A stretch of DNA of 64,000 bases from Candidatus Micrarchaeota archaeon (GTDB lineage Archaea; Micrarchaeota; Micrarchaeia; Anstonellales; Bilamarchaeaceae), in the NCBI GenBank assembly GCA_032123335.1, contig JAQBFN010000050.1, positions 904 to 64,903 of the forward strand. Direction: 5' to 3'. A program made the translations under genes and the position numbers. Under the pieces are notes generated by a model. It did not search any database and had not been told where the DNA came from. It saw nothing but the letters and a program-made list of their open reading frames with translations. This document shows positions 1 through 8,929 of this stretch, one piece after another. Positions within the stretch are counted from its first letter, which is position 1. Each line of letters opens with the position of its first letter.

Positions 1-508
1 ACGGATTGGTTTGTGTTGCTTCCCCGGTAATGAAGCTCATGTCCGCGTAAACAAGCACAGGAAGCATCGGAACGATTATCGCAAGAGGAAGGTATTTCGC
101 ATGCCTAAACAATTCCTCATTGTCCATATGCGAAACTATGTACCCTATGGAAGCCGCGGTAAGCACCACAAACCCAATCTGGATTGCTGAATTCAGGCTC
201 CAGAAATCCTCTTGCGTGTACAAAATCCCTATAAAGAACAATACAAGAAGCGCAAGGAATGCAACTACCCACCTGGAAAGAGGGGAAGGAAATCTCTTTC
301 CCCCCACAATCAAAATGCTCCCCAGCTTTCTTTTGGAAACAACCAAATGGAAAAACAGCGTGATGAGCGGAGAGGCAATTATGTAAATATTCAGCCTCAG
401 CATCTCATCCTCAACAAATAATGAGGTAAGATACGAAAGCAAAGTCAGGGCTGCAAGAAGCACAACAATGAAAATTATGGAATCTGCAAGAACATTCCCT
501 TTCGCCAC
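1..508 (-). CDS. polytopic membrane protein, partial (continues beyond window start)
   Basis: Hand translation of the reverse strand is open from ~508 (GTG) to position 1: VAKGNVLADSIIFIVVLLAALTLLSYL...VVAFLALLVLFFIGILY...IGFVVLTAASIGYIV...LPLAIIVPMLPVLVYA. Several hydrophobic helices. Missing from the ORF track because truncated. The + ORFs 120-386 and 212-421 are its shadows. Confidence 0.45.
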   Translation of the reverse strand, partial: MAKGNVLADSIIFIVVLLAALTLLSYLTSLFVEDEMLRLNIYIIASPLITLFFHLVVSKRKLGSILIVGGKRFPSPLSRWVVAFLALLVLFFIGILYTQEDFWSLNSAIQIGFVVLTAASIGYIVSHMDNEELFRHAKYLPLAIIVPMLPVLVYADMSFITGEATQTNP

Positions 509-570
509 AGGAAGCTTACTTACAAACTCCTTAAAAATCCGCCTTCGTAAATCTATACGGGTGAACCCTT

Positions 571-1662
571 TTGAAAATAGCAGTAATCGGAGATACTCAT
601 CTTGGCTACCCCCGTTTCTATTCGGACAGCTTCACCCAGGCCCGCTCCGCCTTCAAAGATGCAGACCAGAAAGCAGACCTCATCCTTTTCTTAGGAGATT
701 TGTATGATTCCAGGGTCCCTTCCCTCCAGGTTCTTGGGGAAGCAGTTTCCCTTTTCCGGGAGCTCAAAACCCCTGTATATGCAATCCACGGAAACCATGA
801 GAGGAGGAGCCGCGGAGCCCTCAACCCCGTAGAATTGCTCCAGAAAGCAGGCCTACTTACCCATCTCCACATGGATTCCACTACATTTGAAAAGGATGGT
901 GAAAAAATCTTCCTCGCTGGCCTTGGGAACGTCCCGGACGACCTCGCGCTCCGTGCCCTTGAAAAGCTCAAGGAAAAAGTAACTCCTCCTTCGGATGTAT
1001 TCTCGATCTTACTAATCCACCAATCCTTCAAGGAGTTCGTATATGGGGAAAACCTCTCTTCAATCCACGATCTGGAGCCCCTCAATTACTCCCTCTACCT
1101 GAATGGGCACATCCACGCGCACAAAACCGGAATGGATGGAAAGTTCCTGGTTCCCGGAAGCACCGTGCTTACCCAATTAACCCGGGAGGAAACCAAGCCC
1201 AAGGGCTACATCCTTTACGATACTAATTCCAAAACCCACGAATTCGTGGAAATCCCCTCCAGAAAATTCATTTTTGAAGAAATCGAATTTGAAAACACAT
1301 CTCCAAAAGATGCGCAGGAACGCATAAATGAAAAGCTCGCAGAGCTCAAATCCCCGGACGCAATAATCAAGCTCCGCATAAAGGGAACACTTGCCCAGGG
1401 ATTCAAAGCCTCAGACCTCACCCTTCCTTCAGGAGAAGGAATCTTCATAGACAACCGCCTCAACGAGCGCCACCTCAAAAGAGAAATAGAGAAACTGCGC
1501 GAAATGCGTGAAAACAAGCTCTCCATGCGCGACCTCTCCGAACAGCGCCTCAGGGAGCGTTTAGAAGGAAAAGTCTTCCTATTTGACCCCCAGAAGCTCT
1601 TTGAGCACCTCCTGGAGGGCCCCGAGGCCGGACTGGAGTATTTAAAAACAAAACGCACCTAA
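571..1662 (+). CDS. mre11: Mre11-type DNA double-strand-break repair nuclease (calcineurin-like metallophosphoesterase)
   Basis: Phosphoesterase motifs in order: VIGDTHLG, GDLYD, HGNHE, GHIH. TTG start 7 nt after GGTGA. Charged coiled C-terminal region. Confidence 0.8.
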   Translation: MKIAVIGDTHLGYPRFYSDSFTQARSAFKDADQKADLILFLGDLYDSRVPSLQVLGEAVSLFRELKTPVYAIHGNHERRSRGALNPVELLQKAGLLTHLHMDSTTFEKDGEKIFLAGLGNVPDDLALRALEKLKEKVTPPSDVFSILLIHQSFKEFVYGENLSSIHDLEPLNYSLYLNGHIHAHKTGMDGKFLVPGSTVLTQLTREETKPKGYILYDTNSKTHEFVEIPSRKFIFEEIEFENTSPKDAQERINEKLAELKSPDAIIKLRIKGTLAQGFKASDLTLPSGEGIFIDNRLNERHLKREIEKLREMRENKLSMRDLSEQRLRERLEGKVFLFDPQKLFEHLLEGPEAGLEYLKTKRT

Positions 1663-1687
1663 AATTAGTTGCAGAAGGTTGTCGTCC

Positions 1688-2404
1688 ATGAGTCATAAAA
1701 AACCTGATATCTCAATCGTGATACCAACCCTCAATGAAGAGGCCTACCTGGAGGATGCGCTAAGCTCACTCAGGAACCAGTTTATCCACAGGAATTACGA
1801 AATTATAATCTCAGACGGCCACAGCGACGACAAAACCGTTCAGATTGCAGAAAAATACGATGCAAAAATAGTTTATGAGCGAAAACGCACAATTGCTGCG
1901 GGAAGGCAGGCCGGTGCCCTGGCAGCAGAAGGAAAAGTAATTGTTTCCGCAGGTGCAGACAGCTATGTGGATTCCCACTGGCTGGATATGCTTACTCGCC
2001 CCATCTTTGACAAAACCCACATTGCAGCAATCGGGCCCGTAGTCCCAAGGGACGGAACCCGCATAGAGGATGCATTCTCCCATGGAATCCTCAAGCCCCT
2101 TGCAGGAATTCTCGCCAAAACCAATACTCATTTTGCTGCAGCCGACAACATGGCATTTGATGCGAAAACGTTCCACAAGGCAGGTGGCTTCAACCCTAAT
2201 CTAGTAACCGGGGAAGACACCGACCTCGTCCGCAGGATAAAGGCGCACGGAAAAGTCGCCTACCTCCCCGATGCCCATGTATATGTTTCAATGCGCAGGG
2301 TTCGCGAGTGGGGCCACTGGAAATACCTCACTTTTCACACTTCAAATTTCCTCAAATATCATTTCAAGGGGGAAGCGCACGACAAATACGAGCCGGTAAG
2401 GTAA
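1688..2404 (+). CDS. family 2 glycosyltransferase
   Basis: ISIVIPTLNEEAYLEDALSSLRNQ...YEIIISDGHSDDKT plus GEDTDL motif, typical GT-A/GT2. ATG at 1688 follows GAAGG; the track ORF starts at TTG 1679. Confidence 0.8.
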   Translation: MSHKKPDISIVIPTLNEEAYLEDALSSLRNQFIHRNYEIIISDGHSDDKTVQIAEKYDAKIVYERKRTIAAGRQAGALAAEGKVIVSAGADSYVDSHWLDMLTRPIFDKTHIAAIGPVVPRDGTRIEDAFSHGILKPLAGILAKTNTHFAAADNMAFDAKTFHKAGGFNPNLVTGEDTDLVRRIKAHGKVAYLPDAHVYVSMRRVREWGHWKYLTFHTSNFLKYHFKGEAHDKYEPVR

Positions 2405-2459
2405 TGCAATATTGCTTCCCTTTGCCAAAGTATTATAACTAGTTATTCAATATCTTCCT

Positions 2460-4211
2460 GTGGATGTTGTTATTGCAGCTGATTTGCTGGACTTCTGGCT
2501 TATAATCTTCTTCTCCTTCCTGGGGGTAGCCCTCAGTGCGAAGCTCAAGCTCCCCAGCGTAATCGGCCTCCTCTTTTTCGGTGCCATTATTGGCCCGAAC
2601 TTCCTCGGAATAGTAACCGAAACCAGCTTCATTTCCATTATCTCAGAAATCGGGGTAATCCTCCTCCTCTTCTACATCGGAATCCATTTCAACCTGGATA
2701 AAATATCCAGGTTCGGCCTGCGTGCAACCTTCGTTATCCTGATAAAGTTTGCATTAATCTTCCTGCTCACCTATCTCGCAGCAGTATTCCTGGGCTTCCA
2801 GATGCTGGATGCCATCATAATGGGCGTAATCCTTTCTTTCTCCAGTACCGCAATATTCGCAAGATTGATAGCAGATTCAAAGCACGAAAAAAGGGACGAA
2901 TCCAACTTTATGTCAGCAGTGCTCATCCTTGAGGACATTACGGCCGTTTTCGCCCTCACCCTCCTTTCCCAATTGCACGGGGACACCACCCTTTCCATAG
3001 GCCAGGTAGTAATTTCCGTGATTTTTTCCCTAATGATCCTTTTCTGCTCCTATCTTATCCTGAGGTGGCTGGTTATCCGCCTTTCAACATGGCTTGATGA
3101 AAAGAACCTGGAAGCACAGTTATTTTCCGCGCTTTCCCTTTGCGCCCTCCTTGCTTTAGTCGCAATGGCATTCGAGCTTTCCCCCTCAATAGGAGCGTTC
3201 CTTGCGGGAAGCACAGTTGCTGCAATTCCCATCTTCAAGAAAATAGAGTCTACCCTTAAGCAGATGACCCTGCTCTTTGCAGCATTCTTCTTCTTTTCAA
3301 TGGGAATGCTCGTAAATATGGAATTCATACTTGGTGCATTGGCAATCGTTGTTTTCTTTGCAATATTCAACATGGTCCTGAAGTTCGCTTCGATTTCCTT
3401 TTCCACTTACATGACGGGTTTCGGAGGCAAAGCTTCATTATTTGCAGGTCTCCTGATGGTTACCTCAAGCGAGTTTGGGCTGATTATTGCCTCGCAAACC
3501 GTGGGATTAACCTCATTTGATTTTGTTTCGCTTTCCACCGCGCTCATAGTGATAAGCGGGCTCACTGCCTCCCTTCTCATCCCCAGGGAGAAGAGGATAG
3601 GAATTGCGCTTGGAAAGAGGTTTGGCCTGGAAGGAAGAAGGAACCCCTTCAGACACCTGTCTGCATACATGAGCCATGTCATACACCACTTTGAGCCAGG
3701 GGGCCCATTCTACGAAACCTTCCGCAAGAATGCGAGAACCCTCATCATAAACCTGCTTGCACTATTCACTATAGACTCCCTCCTGGTTATCATAAGAACC
3801 CAGTTTGCCGCCTATTCTGGCACCATAGCGTACATGGTCGGCCCCCTGGACATATTCGAAATCTTTGCCATCCTGCTTTCCCTTTACCCTCTTTACAATA
3901 TCCTGAAGGTGCTTACTGCGCTCGCAGGCAAATTCTCCCAGGCATTCCATTTCGGCTTGGCCCGTCACGCAAACATAAGGAGCAAAATGATGGAGGATTT
4001 CTTCTTCTTTGCACTCTTCCTCATGATTGCGCTTCCCATCCCGTTTGCAGTGAGCATGCTGAACCTCCCGGGGATACTCCAGCAAGCTTTCCTCATCCCC
4101 CTGTTTGCAGCATTCCTGTTCCTCCTGGACCTTGCGAGGCTCGCCACAAAGCTCCTTGCCCCCCACGAAGACAAGTACCACAAACTAGAAGGATACAAGG
4201 GAAAAAGGTAG
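2460..4211 (+). CDS. cation:proton antiporter (CPA2/Kef-type Na+/K+:H+ exchanger family)
   Basis: 583 aa, about 12 or more hydrophobic helices. N-terminus LKLPSVIGLLFFGAIIGPNFLG is typical of the sodium/hydrogen exchanger family. Confidence 0.75.
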   Translation: MDVVIAADLLDFWLIIFFSFLGVALSAKLKLPSVIGLLFFGAIIGPNFLGIVTETSFISIISEIGVILLLFYIGIHFNLDKISRFGLRATFVILIKFALIFLLTYLAAVFLGFQMLDAIIMGVILSFSSTAIFARLIADSKHEKRDESNFMSAVLILEDITAVFALTLLSQLHGDTTLSIGQVVISVIFSLMILFCSYLILRWLVIRLSTWLDEKNLEAQLFSALSLCALLALVAMAFELSPSIGAFLAGSTVAAIPIFKKIESTLKQMTLLFAAFFFFSMGMLVNMEFILGALAIVVFFAIFNMVLKFASISFSTYMTGFGGKASLFAGLLMVTSSEFGLIIASQTVGLTSFDFVSLSTALIVISGLTASLLIPREKRIGIALGKRFGLEGRRNPFRHLSAYMSHVIHHFEPGGPFYETFRKNARTLIINLLALFTIDSLLVIIRTQFAAYSGTIAYMVGPLDIFEIFAILLSLYPLYNILKVLTALAGKFSQAFHFGLARHANIRSKMMEDFFFFALFLMIALPIPFAVSMLNLPGILQQAFLIPLFAAFLFLLDLARLATKLLAPHEDKYHKLEGYKGKR

Positions 4212-4263
4212 CTTAACTGCACCTCTTAAAAACTTCACCCTATTTCTTGTATAGGTGAGGACT

Positions 4264-4551
4264 ATGGATAACCCTCAAGGAACGATTTGCCAGAGCTGTG
4301 GAATGCCAATGGAAAAGCCAGATGATTTCGGGACCAATGCAGACGGAAGCATAAGCAATGAATTTTGCAGCCTATGCTACCAGAACGGCATATTCACTGA
4401 GCCGGATATTTCCATGCATGAAATGATTGAGAAAGTAACACTCATTTTGATGAATTCAATGGACCTCCCAAAAGAAAAAGCAGAAGCAATTGCAAAGGAT
4501 ACAATCCCGCACCTCAACCGCTGGAGAAAGTACGGGACTGAATATCTTTGA
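4264..4551 (+). CDS. putative zinc-ribbon domain protein
   Basis: CQSCGMPM...FGTNADGSISNEFCSLCYQNG (CxxC...CxxC) matches the conserved 'putative zinc ribbon' family pattern. ATG preceded by AGGTGAGG. Confidence 0.6.
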   Translation: MDNPQGTICQSCGMPMEKPDDFGTNADGSISNEFCSLCYQNGIFTEPDISMHEMIEKVTLILMNSMDLPKEKAEAIAKDTIPHLNRWRKYGTEYL

Positions 4552-4552
4552 A

Positions 4553-4638
4553 TGCAGGGGAAGGGATTTGAACCCTCGTAGGCACTAAGCCACAGGATCC
4601 TAAGTCCTGCACGTTTGACCAAACTCCGCCACCCCTGC
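4553..4638 (-). tRNA. tRNA-Leu (anticodon UAG)
   Basis: Reverse complement folds as a cloverleaf. Acceptor GCAGGGG/CCCCTGC plus A73. Anticodon stem CAGGA/TCCTG with loop CTTAGGA. Long variable arm (class II). T-arm GAGGG-TTCAAAT-CCCTT. No encoded CCA. Confidence 0.9.
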
Positions 4639-4933
4639 GTCAATTTTTATTGCAGCAGCACTCCGAAGCAAAAATCTGAGAAAGATCTGCTTTCTTCTCG
4701 TGAACAAAGTTCACGATTGTCAAAAAACACCGTTTTAAGCTGCCTTTTTGTTTTCTGCACATTGTTTTGCCTTGGGGTTATTCCTGCAATGCACTTCTAA
4801 TCGAAGCATCTTCTTTAGGCTAAGAAAATAATATAAATACCCAACCGCACCAAATCATGCATTGCTGTCCTCCTCCACCGGACAGCGAGCATTTATATAC
4901 TCCAGATTTGAGATAAATACAGAGGTGGATAGA

Positions 4934-5158
4934 ATGAAAACAAATGGTTCTCAAAGAGGGATAAGCTACAGAACTCCAGGGGCCAATGAAGAGTACTCTC
5001 TCATGTATGCAGACAGAACTGCCGCAAGACGGGCAATGATGGACAAGCAGAGGCAGTCTTCTTCTCACCTTTCAGAAGTGAGTATCTTGTACATGAAAGT
5101 AATCCTCTTGCTGGGGACACTCTTCCTGGCGTATACGATGTTCAGCCCGCATCTCTAG
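4934..5158 (+). CDS. small tail-anchored hypothetical protein (74 aa)
   Basis: ATG preceded by AGAGGTGG. C-terminal hydrophobic helix VILLLGTLFLAYTMF. No recognisable domain. Confidence 0.3.
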   Translation: MKTNGSQRGISYRTPGANEEYSLMYADRTAARRAMMDKQRQSSSHLSEVSILYMKVILLLGTLFLAYTMFSPHL

Positions 5159-5163
5159 CGGGC

Positions 5164-5976
5164 TCATTTCTTCTTTTTTGAAGCCTTCTTCTTGGGTTTT
5201 GCAGCTTTCTTCACCACAGCCTTCTTCGTTGCAGCTTTCTTCACAGGTTTCTTCTTCACTACTTTCTTAGCCACAGCCGTCTTCCCTGCCTTGGTTTTCA
5301 GGGGCGCAGCCTCCACAGGCTTCCTAGGGGCAATGCCCACTCCAGCCAGCTCCTTCTTATACTCAAAATATGAATCCACAAACAGGATGAGCGCAGCAAC
5401 AATCAACAGCCCCACAAGGTAAAGGATATATGCAGGCGCAAGAAGCCCTACAACAATCCAAAGAGCCCCAATTCCCACAAAGACGTCCTTTGCTATATTG
5501 TGGGTCCTTGCCCACACCTTTTCGCTGCTTAGGGTCCAGGGAGTCCTTATCCCAATAAACCAGTTCTGCTTGCTCTTTCCGCAGAGCATGCCCAGATAAA
5601 TGAACAGGACACCTAATGCAGGCGCAGTAAGCCTGTTTATCTCAAATACATACCCCAGGTTCCACGCAACCGAAAGGAAGTGAATATACGCGAGGAAAAA
5701 CATGAATATGAAAATGAACCCCTCATAATATCTGTCGAATTTCTTTATGTTCTCCTTCATTGGGTCTATGTGCGGAATCAGGTAGAAGAACAGCAACAGC
5801 ACAATCATCGCTGCAGGCATCAAAAACAGCCCAATATTCTTTTCCATGTACCCGTTAGCTTCCCCCGCAGCATTCCAGTGGGTTGCCATATAGTCCGGAA
5901 CAGCATCATAATAGTACACCCCAACTCCAACTGAGCCCAGCAGGAGAATCAGGATAATCCATTGCATCCAGTTCAT
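5164..5976 (-). CDS. SdpI/DUF1648-like membrane protein with lysine-rich C-terminal tail
   Basis: N-terminus VPDYMATHWNAAGEANGYM resembles the DUF1648/SdpI signature, followed by multiple TM helices. Tail KKVVKKKPVKKAATKKAVVKKAAKPKKKASKKKK. The track ORF extends to GTG 6042; ATG 5976 (MNWMQW...) is preferred. Confidence 0.6.
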   Translation of the reverse strand: MNWMQWIILILLLGSVGVGVYYYDAVPDYMATHWNAAGEANGYMEKNIGLFLMPAAMIVLLLFFYLIPHIDPMKENIKKFDRYYEGFIFIFMFFLAYIHFLSVAWNLGYVFEINRLTAPALGVLFIYLGMLCGKSKQNWFIGIRTPWTLSSEKVWARTHNIAKDVFVGIGALWIVVGLLAPAYILYLVGLLIVAALILFVDSYFEYKKELAGVGIAPRKPVEAAPLKTKAGKTAVAKKVVKKKPVKKAATKKAVVKKAAKPKKKASKKKK

Positions 5977-6073
5977 GAATGTATATGTGTTCACCAACAA
6001 ATTAAAACCGTTTGCAAAAAGCTTTTTATTCCCATTTCCCACTCCTTAAAAACTTTCTCCCCGATATAGGCGC

Positions 6074-6835
6074 ATGCTTCCCAATCACCTGATTTCCTTC
6101 TTTTCAACTGATGTTCCGACCATCCATTTCTGGGAAGATGGGGGAGAAACATCCACAAAGCTGGAAGGCGAGCATAAACTCGAATTTGAGGGCCCAAAAG
6201 CCTGCGTAGGATTCAAATCCCGCAACAACCGCTACCAGTGCCCCTACCACTATGAGGGAAGAATCCAATGCCCATTCTGCGGCTCCAAGGACATCTCCAG
6301 GATATACACGCGCCACGATTTCAAGGGCTACGAAGATTTAGAAGAAGAGTTCTCCAAGCGCGAATTCTCCCTATATTTAGTTTCCTTCGGGGAAAGGGTA
6401 AAATGCGGTGTAACCCACGCAAACAGGATAACTGAGCGAGTAAAGGAGCAGGGCGCAGACTATTACGCGGAAATAATGCGCTTCAGGGGAAGGGAAGCGT
6501 ATGAAATGGAAAGGCTTCTCCAGAGCCATTTCGGCTTTAGCAATGCAGTCCAGGCAAGAACCAAGCTCAAGCTCCTGGGCAGGGAGGATCCCCAATTCCT
6601 GGAAAATGCAATAGTTGAGGTTGAATCCACTGCCCCATTTAATGAGTACATGCTGGATTCTCCAATGCCCAAGAAAATCGATTATCCAATCCCTGAAAAG
6701 TACTCAATAGCCGAAAACATAGATGGAAAAATTTTGGGCGCAAAAGGCCCCCTACTATTTTTCGAAAACGCAAACGGCGCATACGTAACCAATATGAAAG
6801 CGTACACAGGGAAGTTTTTCTCTCTAAAAGAATGA
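6074..6835 (+). CDS. hypothetical zinc-ribbon protein (possibly DUF2797-like)
   Basis: YQCPYHYEGRIQCPFCGSKD Cys/His cluster followed by a conserved-looking globular region. Family assignment is from memory only. Confidence 0.5.
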   Translation: MLPNHLISFFSTDVPTIHFWEDGGETSTKLEGEHKLEFEGPKACVGFKSRNNRYQCPYHYEGRIQCPFCGSKDISRIYTRHDFKGYEDLEEEFSKREFSLYLVSFGERVKCGVTHANRITERVKEQGADYYAEIMRFRGREAYEMERLLQSHFGFSNAVQARTKLKLLGREDPQFLENAIVEVESTAPFNEYMLDSPMPKKIDYPIPEKYSIAENIDGKILGAKGPLLFFENANGAYVTNMKAYTGKFFSLKE

Positions 6836-6874
6836 TTTTAATATGTTTCCGTCTTATTCCATGAGGTGAGTTTT

Positions 6875-7474
6875 ATGGTTGAAAAGAAACGCGCACTTAA
6901 AATGAGGGGAAAAAGAGTCGGGCTTGCAGTGATGGAGAAATACGACCTGCCTAAATTCAAGAGATGGCTGAACGACCCGAAGCTCAGTCTCTTTATGCGT
7001 GAATTCGACGCGATGCTTGCAGATGAAAATGTCATGGAATGGTATGAGCAGAGTATCCATGATGAGCACCAGATAGATTTCTCAATAGTGAATATGGAGG
7101 ACGGAAAACTGGTGGGGGCATGCACCCTAATTGGAATAGACAGGAGAAACTCCACAGCAGAATTAAGGATATTTATAGGGAAGCACAAATTCTGGAACCA
7201 GGGATATGGAAGCGAGGCAATGGTTCTCCTCCTGGACTATGCATTCAACATACTCAACCTCAACAGCGTCTACCTCAAGGTAAACTCAATAAACAAAAAC
7301 GCAATCCATGTATACAAAAAACTCGGATTCAGCCTCGCAGGTAAAAGAAGGCAGGCCCGCGCATACCTCAGGAAATACTATGATTTATACCTGATGGACA
7401 TGCTTGCAAGCGAATATGACAAGAAGCATAAGTCCAAGATTCAGGAGATAATAGAAACTTACTCGGGCGATTGA
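6875..7474 (+). CDS. GNAT family N-acetyltransferase (RimJ/RimL-like)
   Basis: Acetyl-CoA binding region NQGYGSEAMVLLLDYAF and NAIHVYKKLGF. ATG after GAGGTGA. Confidence 0.8.
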   Translation: MVEKKRALKMRGKRVGLAVMEKYDLPKFKRWLNDPKLSLFMREFDAMLADENVMEWYEQSIHDEHQIDFSIVNMEDGKLVGACTLIGIDRRNSTAELRIFIGKHKFWNQGYGSEAMVLLLDYAFNILNLNSVYLKVNSINKNAIHVYKKLGFSLAGKRRQARAYLRKYYDLYLMDMLASEYDKKHKSKIQEIIETYSGD

Positions 7475-7475
7475 A

Positions 7476-7985
7476 TTGATTGAGCTCTTAGTGGTTGCAG
7501 CAATATTGCTTGCAGTGGGCATAGGGATTAAGCTCAATTTCAGGATTTACCATATAAAGCCCTTCATAATCCTCCTTCTCCTTTTTGCGCTTACAGGAAT
7601 CCCGGACGTAGTAATCACATCACACTACGCACATCTGCAGCCTGAAAAGGAAGGTAACCCGCTTGCAGCATACTTCCTCTCTTTTGAATATGGAATTGCA
7701 ATAGCCGCATTCCTCTGGGCTTTTGGGTGGATACTCCTCTCTGAAGCATTCGTAAGGGTGAAGCTTTACCCCCTTGCTTACTTCACCCTCCTCACATTAT
7801 TTGCAGCCCATCTTTTGGGAACCCTTACCTGGGCAGACAACCTAAAAACAGATGACCTACGTTTTCTCTCCTGGATTATTGCCCTTGGCTACACTGTTTT
7901 GTTCTGGGCAGGCCTGCAGCTATGGAAAACAGCCAGCTTACCTGTGGCCCCTAAACGCAATTCCCGTAAGCGCAAGAAACATTAG
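7476..7985 (+). CDS. hypothetical integral membrane protein
   Basis: 169 aa, 4-5 hydrophobic helices, basic C-terminus. Start abuts the GNAT stop. Confidence 0.5.
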   Translation: MIELLVVAAILLAVGIGIKLNFRIYHIKPFIILLLLFALTGIPDVVITSHYAHLQPEKEGNPLAAYFLSFEYGIAIAAFLWAFGWILLSEAFVRVKLYPLAYFTLLTLFAAHLLGTLTWADNLKTDDLRFLSWIIALGYTVLFWAGLQLWKTASLPVAPKRNSRKRKKH

Positions 7986-8204
7986 GATGAGCACACCGGG
8001 AATTCCCCAAATCACCGTAATCAAAAGCGTCCAGATGTTTATCTGAATCCTTATTCCGAGCCAGCCCAGCAATTTAAGCGCGACAAGTGCGATAAGCGAA
8101 TTTATGAACAATGCAACCGGGCCAAGTGCCTGGAGCGCGAACCAGAAGAAAATAATTGCCAATACCAGCAGAATCAATTCCGTAATCATAAGGCAATAAG
8201 CCAC
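7938..8204 (-). CDS. small membrane protein (BofA-like)
   Basis: 88 aa, 3 hydrophobic helices. Layout resembles the pro-sigmaK-processing-inhibitor BofA family. 3' end overlaps the convergent 7476-7985 gene. Confidence 0.45.
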   Translation of the reverse strand: MAYCLMITELILLVLAIIFFWFALQALGPVALFINSLIALVALKLLGWLGIRIQINIWTLLITVIWGIPGVLILMFLALTGIAFRGHR

Positions 8205-8240
8205 CCAAAATTTATTAAGTTTGGGCTTGTTTTTATCCCT

Positions 8241-8924
8241 ATGAAATACAGCATGGAAGGTTCAGTAATGCCCCTCCTCCACATAGTTCTTGATGAAAAC
8301 GAAACAGTGATCTCGGAGAGGGGAGCAATGGTATGGATGGACGAAAACATCCATATGCACACCAGCTCCCACGGGGGCATGGGCGGCGGAGTGCACCGCA
8401 TGCTCATGGGGGAATCATTCTTTGTAAACAAGTTCACTGCAAAAAACGGCCCGGGTTCAGTTTCCTTCGGGCTCTCAGTACCTGGGAAAATAGTGGATTT
8501 CAAGATCTCCAAAGGAAAGGAAATAATCTGCCAGAAGGATGCATTCCTTGCGGCAAGCTCAGGCATAAAACTCAAATCTTACGTTAAAAAGAAAATAATG
8601 GTTGGCTTCATGGGAGGGGAGGGATTTGTTCTCCAGAAACTCTCAGGGGAAGGCCACGCATTCCTGGAAATCGATGGGGAAGTTTACAAAAAAGAGCTAA
8701 AGAACGGGGAAACCATCCGCGTTGAAACAGGAAGCATTGCAGCATTCGACCGAACTGTAAGCTATGGCATTATACGGGTAAAAGGAGTAAGGAATATGCT
8801 TTTTGGGGGCGAGGGGATGTGGCTTTCAACCCTCACCGGCCCTGGCACGGTCTACCTCCAGACAATGAGCATGCCCCACCTTGCAGAGAGGCTGCTGCCC
8901 TTTCTTCCGGCAAAGAAAAAATAA
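8241..8924 (+). CDS. AIM24/TIGR00266 family protein
   Basis: LHIVLDENETVISERGAMVWMD...GGEGFVLQKLSGEGHAFLEIDGEV...GPGTVYLQTMS is typical of the DUF124/AIM24 family. Confidence 0.75.
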   Translation: MKYSMEGSVMPLLHIVLDENETVISERGAMVWMDENIHMHTSSHGGMGGGVHRMLMGESFFVNKFTAKNGPGSVSFGLSVPGKIVDFKISKGKEIICQKDAFLAASSGIKLKSYVKKKIMVGFMGGEGFVLQKLSGEGHAFLEIDGEVYKKELKNGETIRVETGSIAAFDRTVSYGIIRVKGVRNMLFGGEGMWLSTLTGPGTVYLQTMSMPHLAERLLPFLPAKKK

Positions 8925-8929
8925 TGAAT

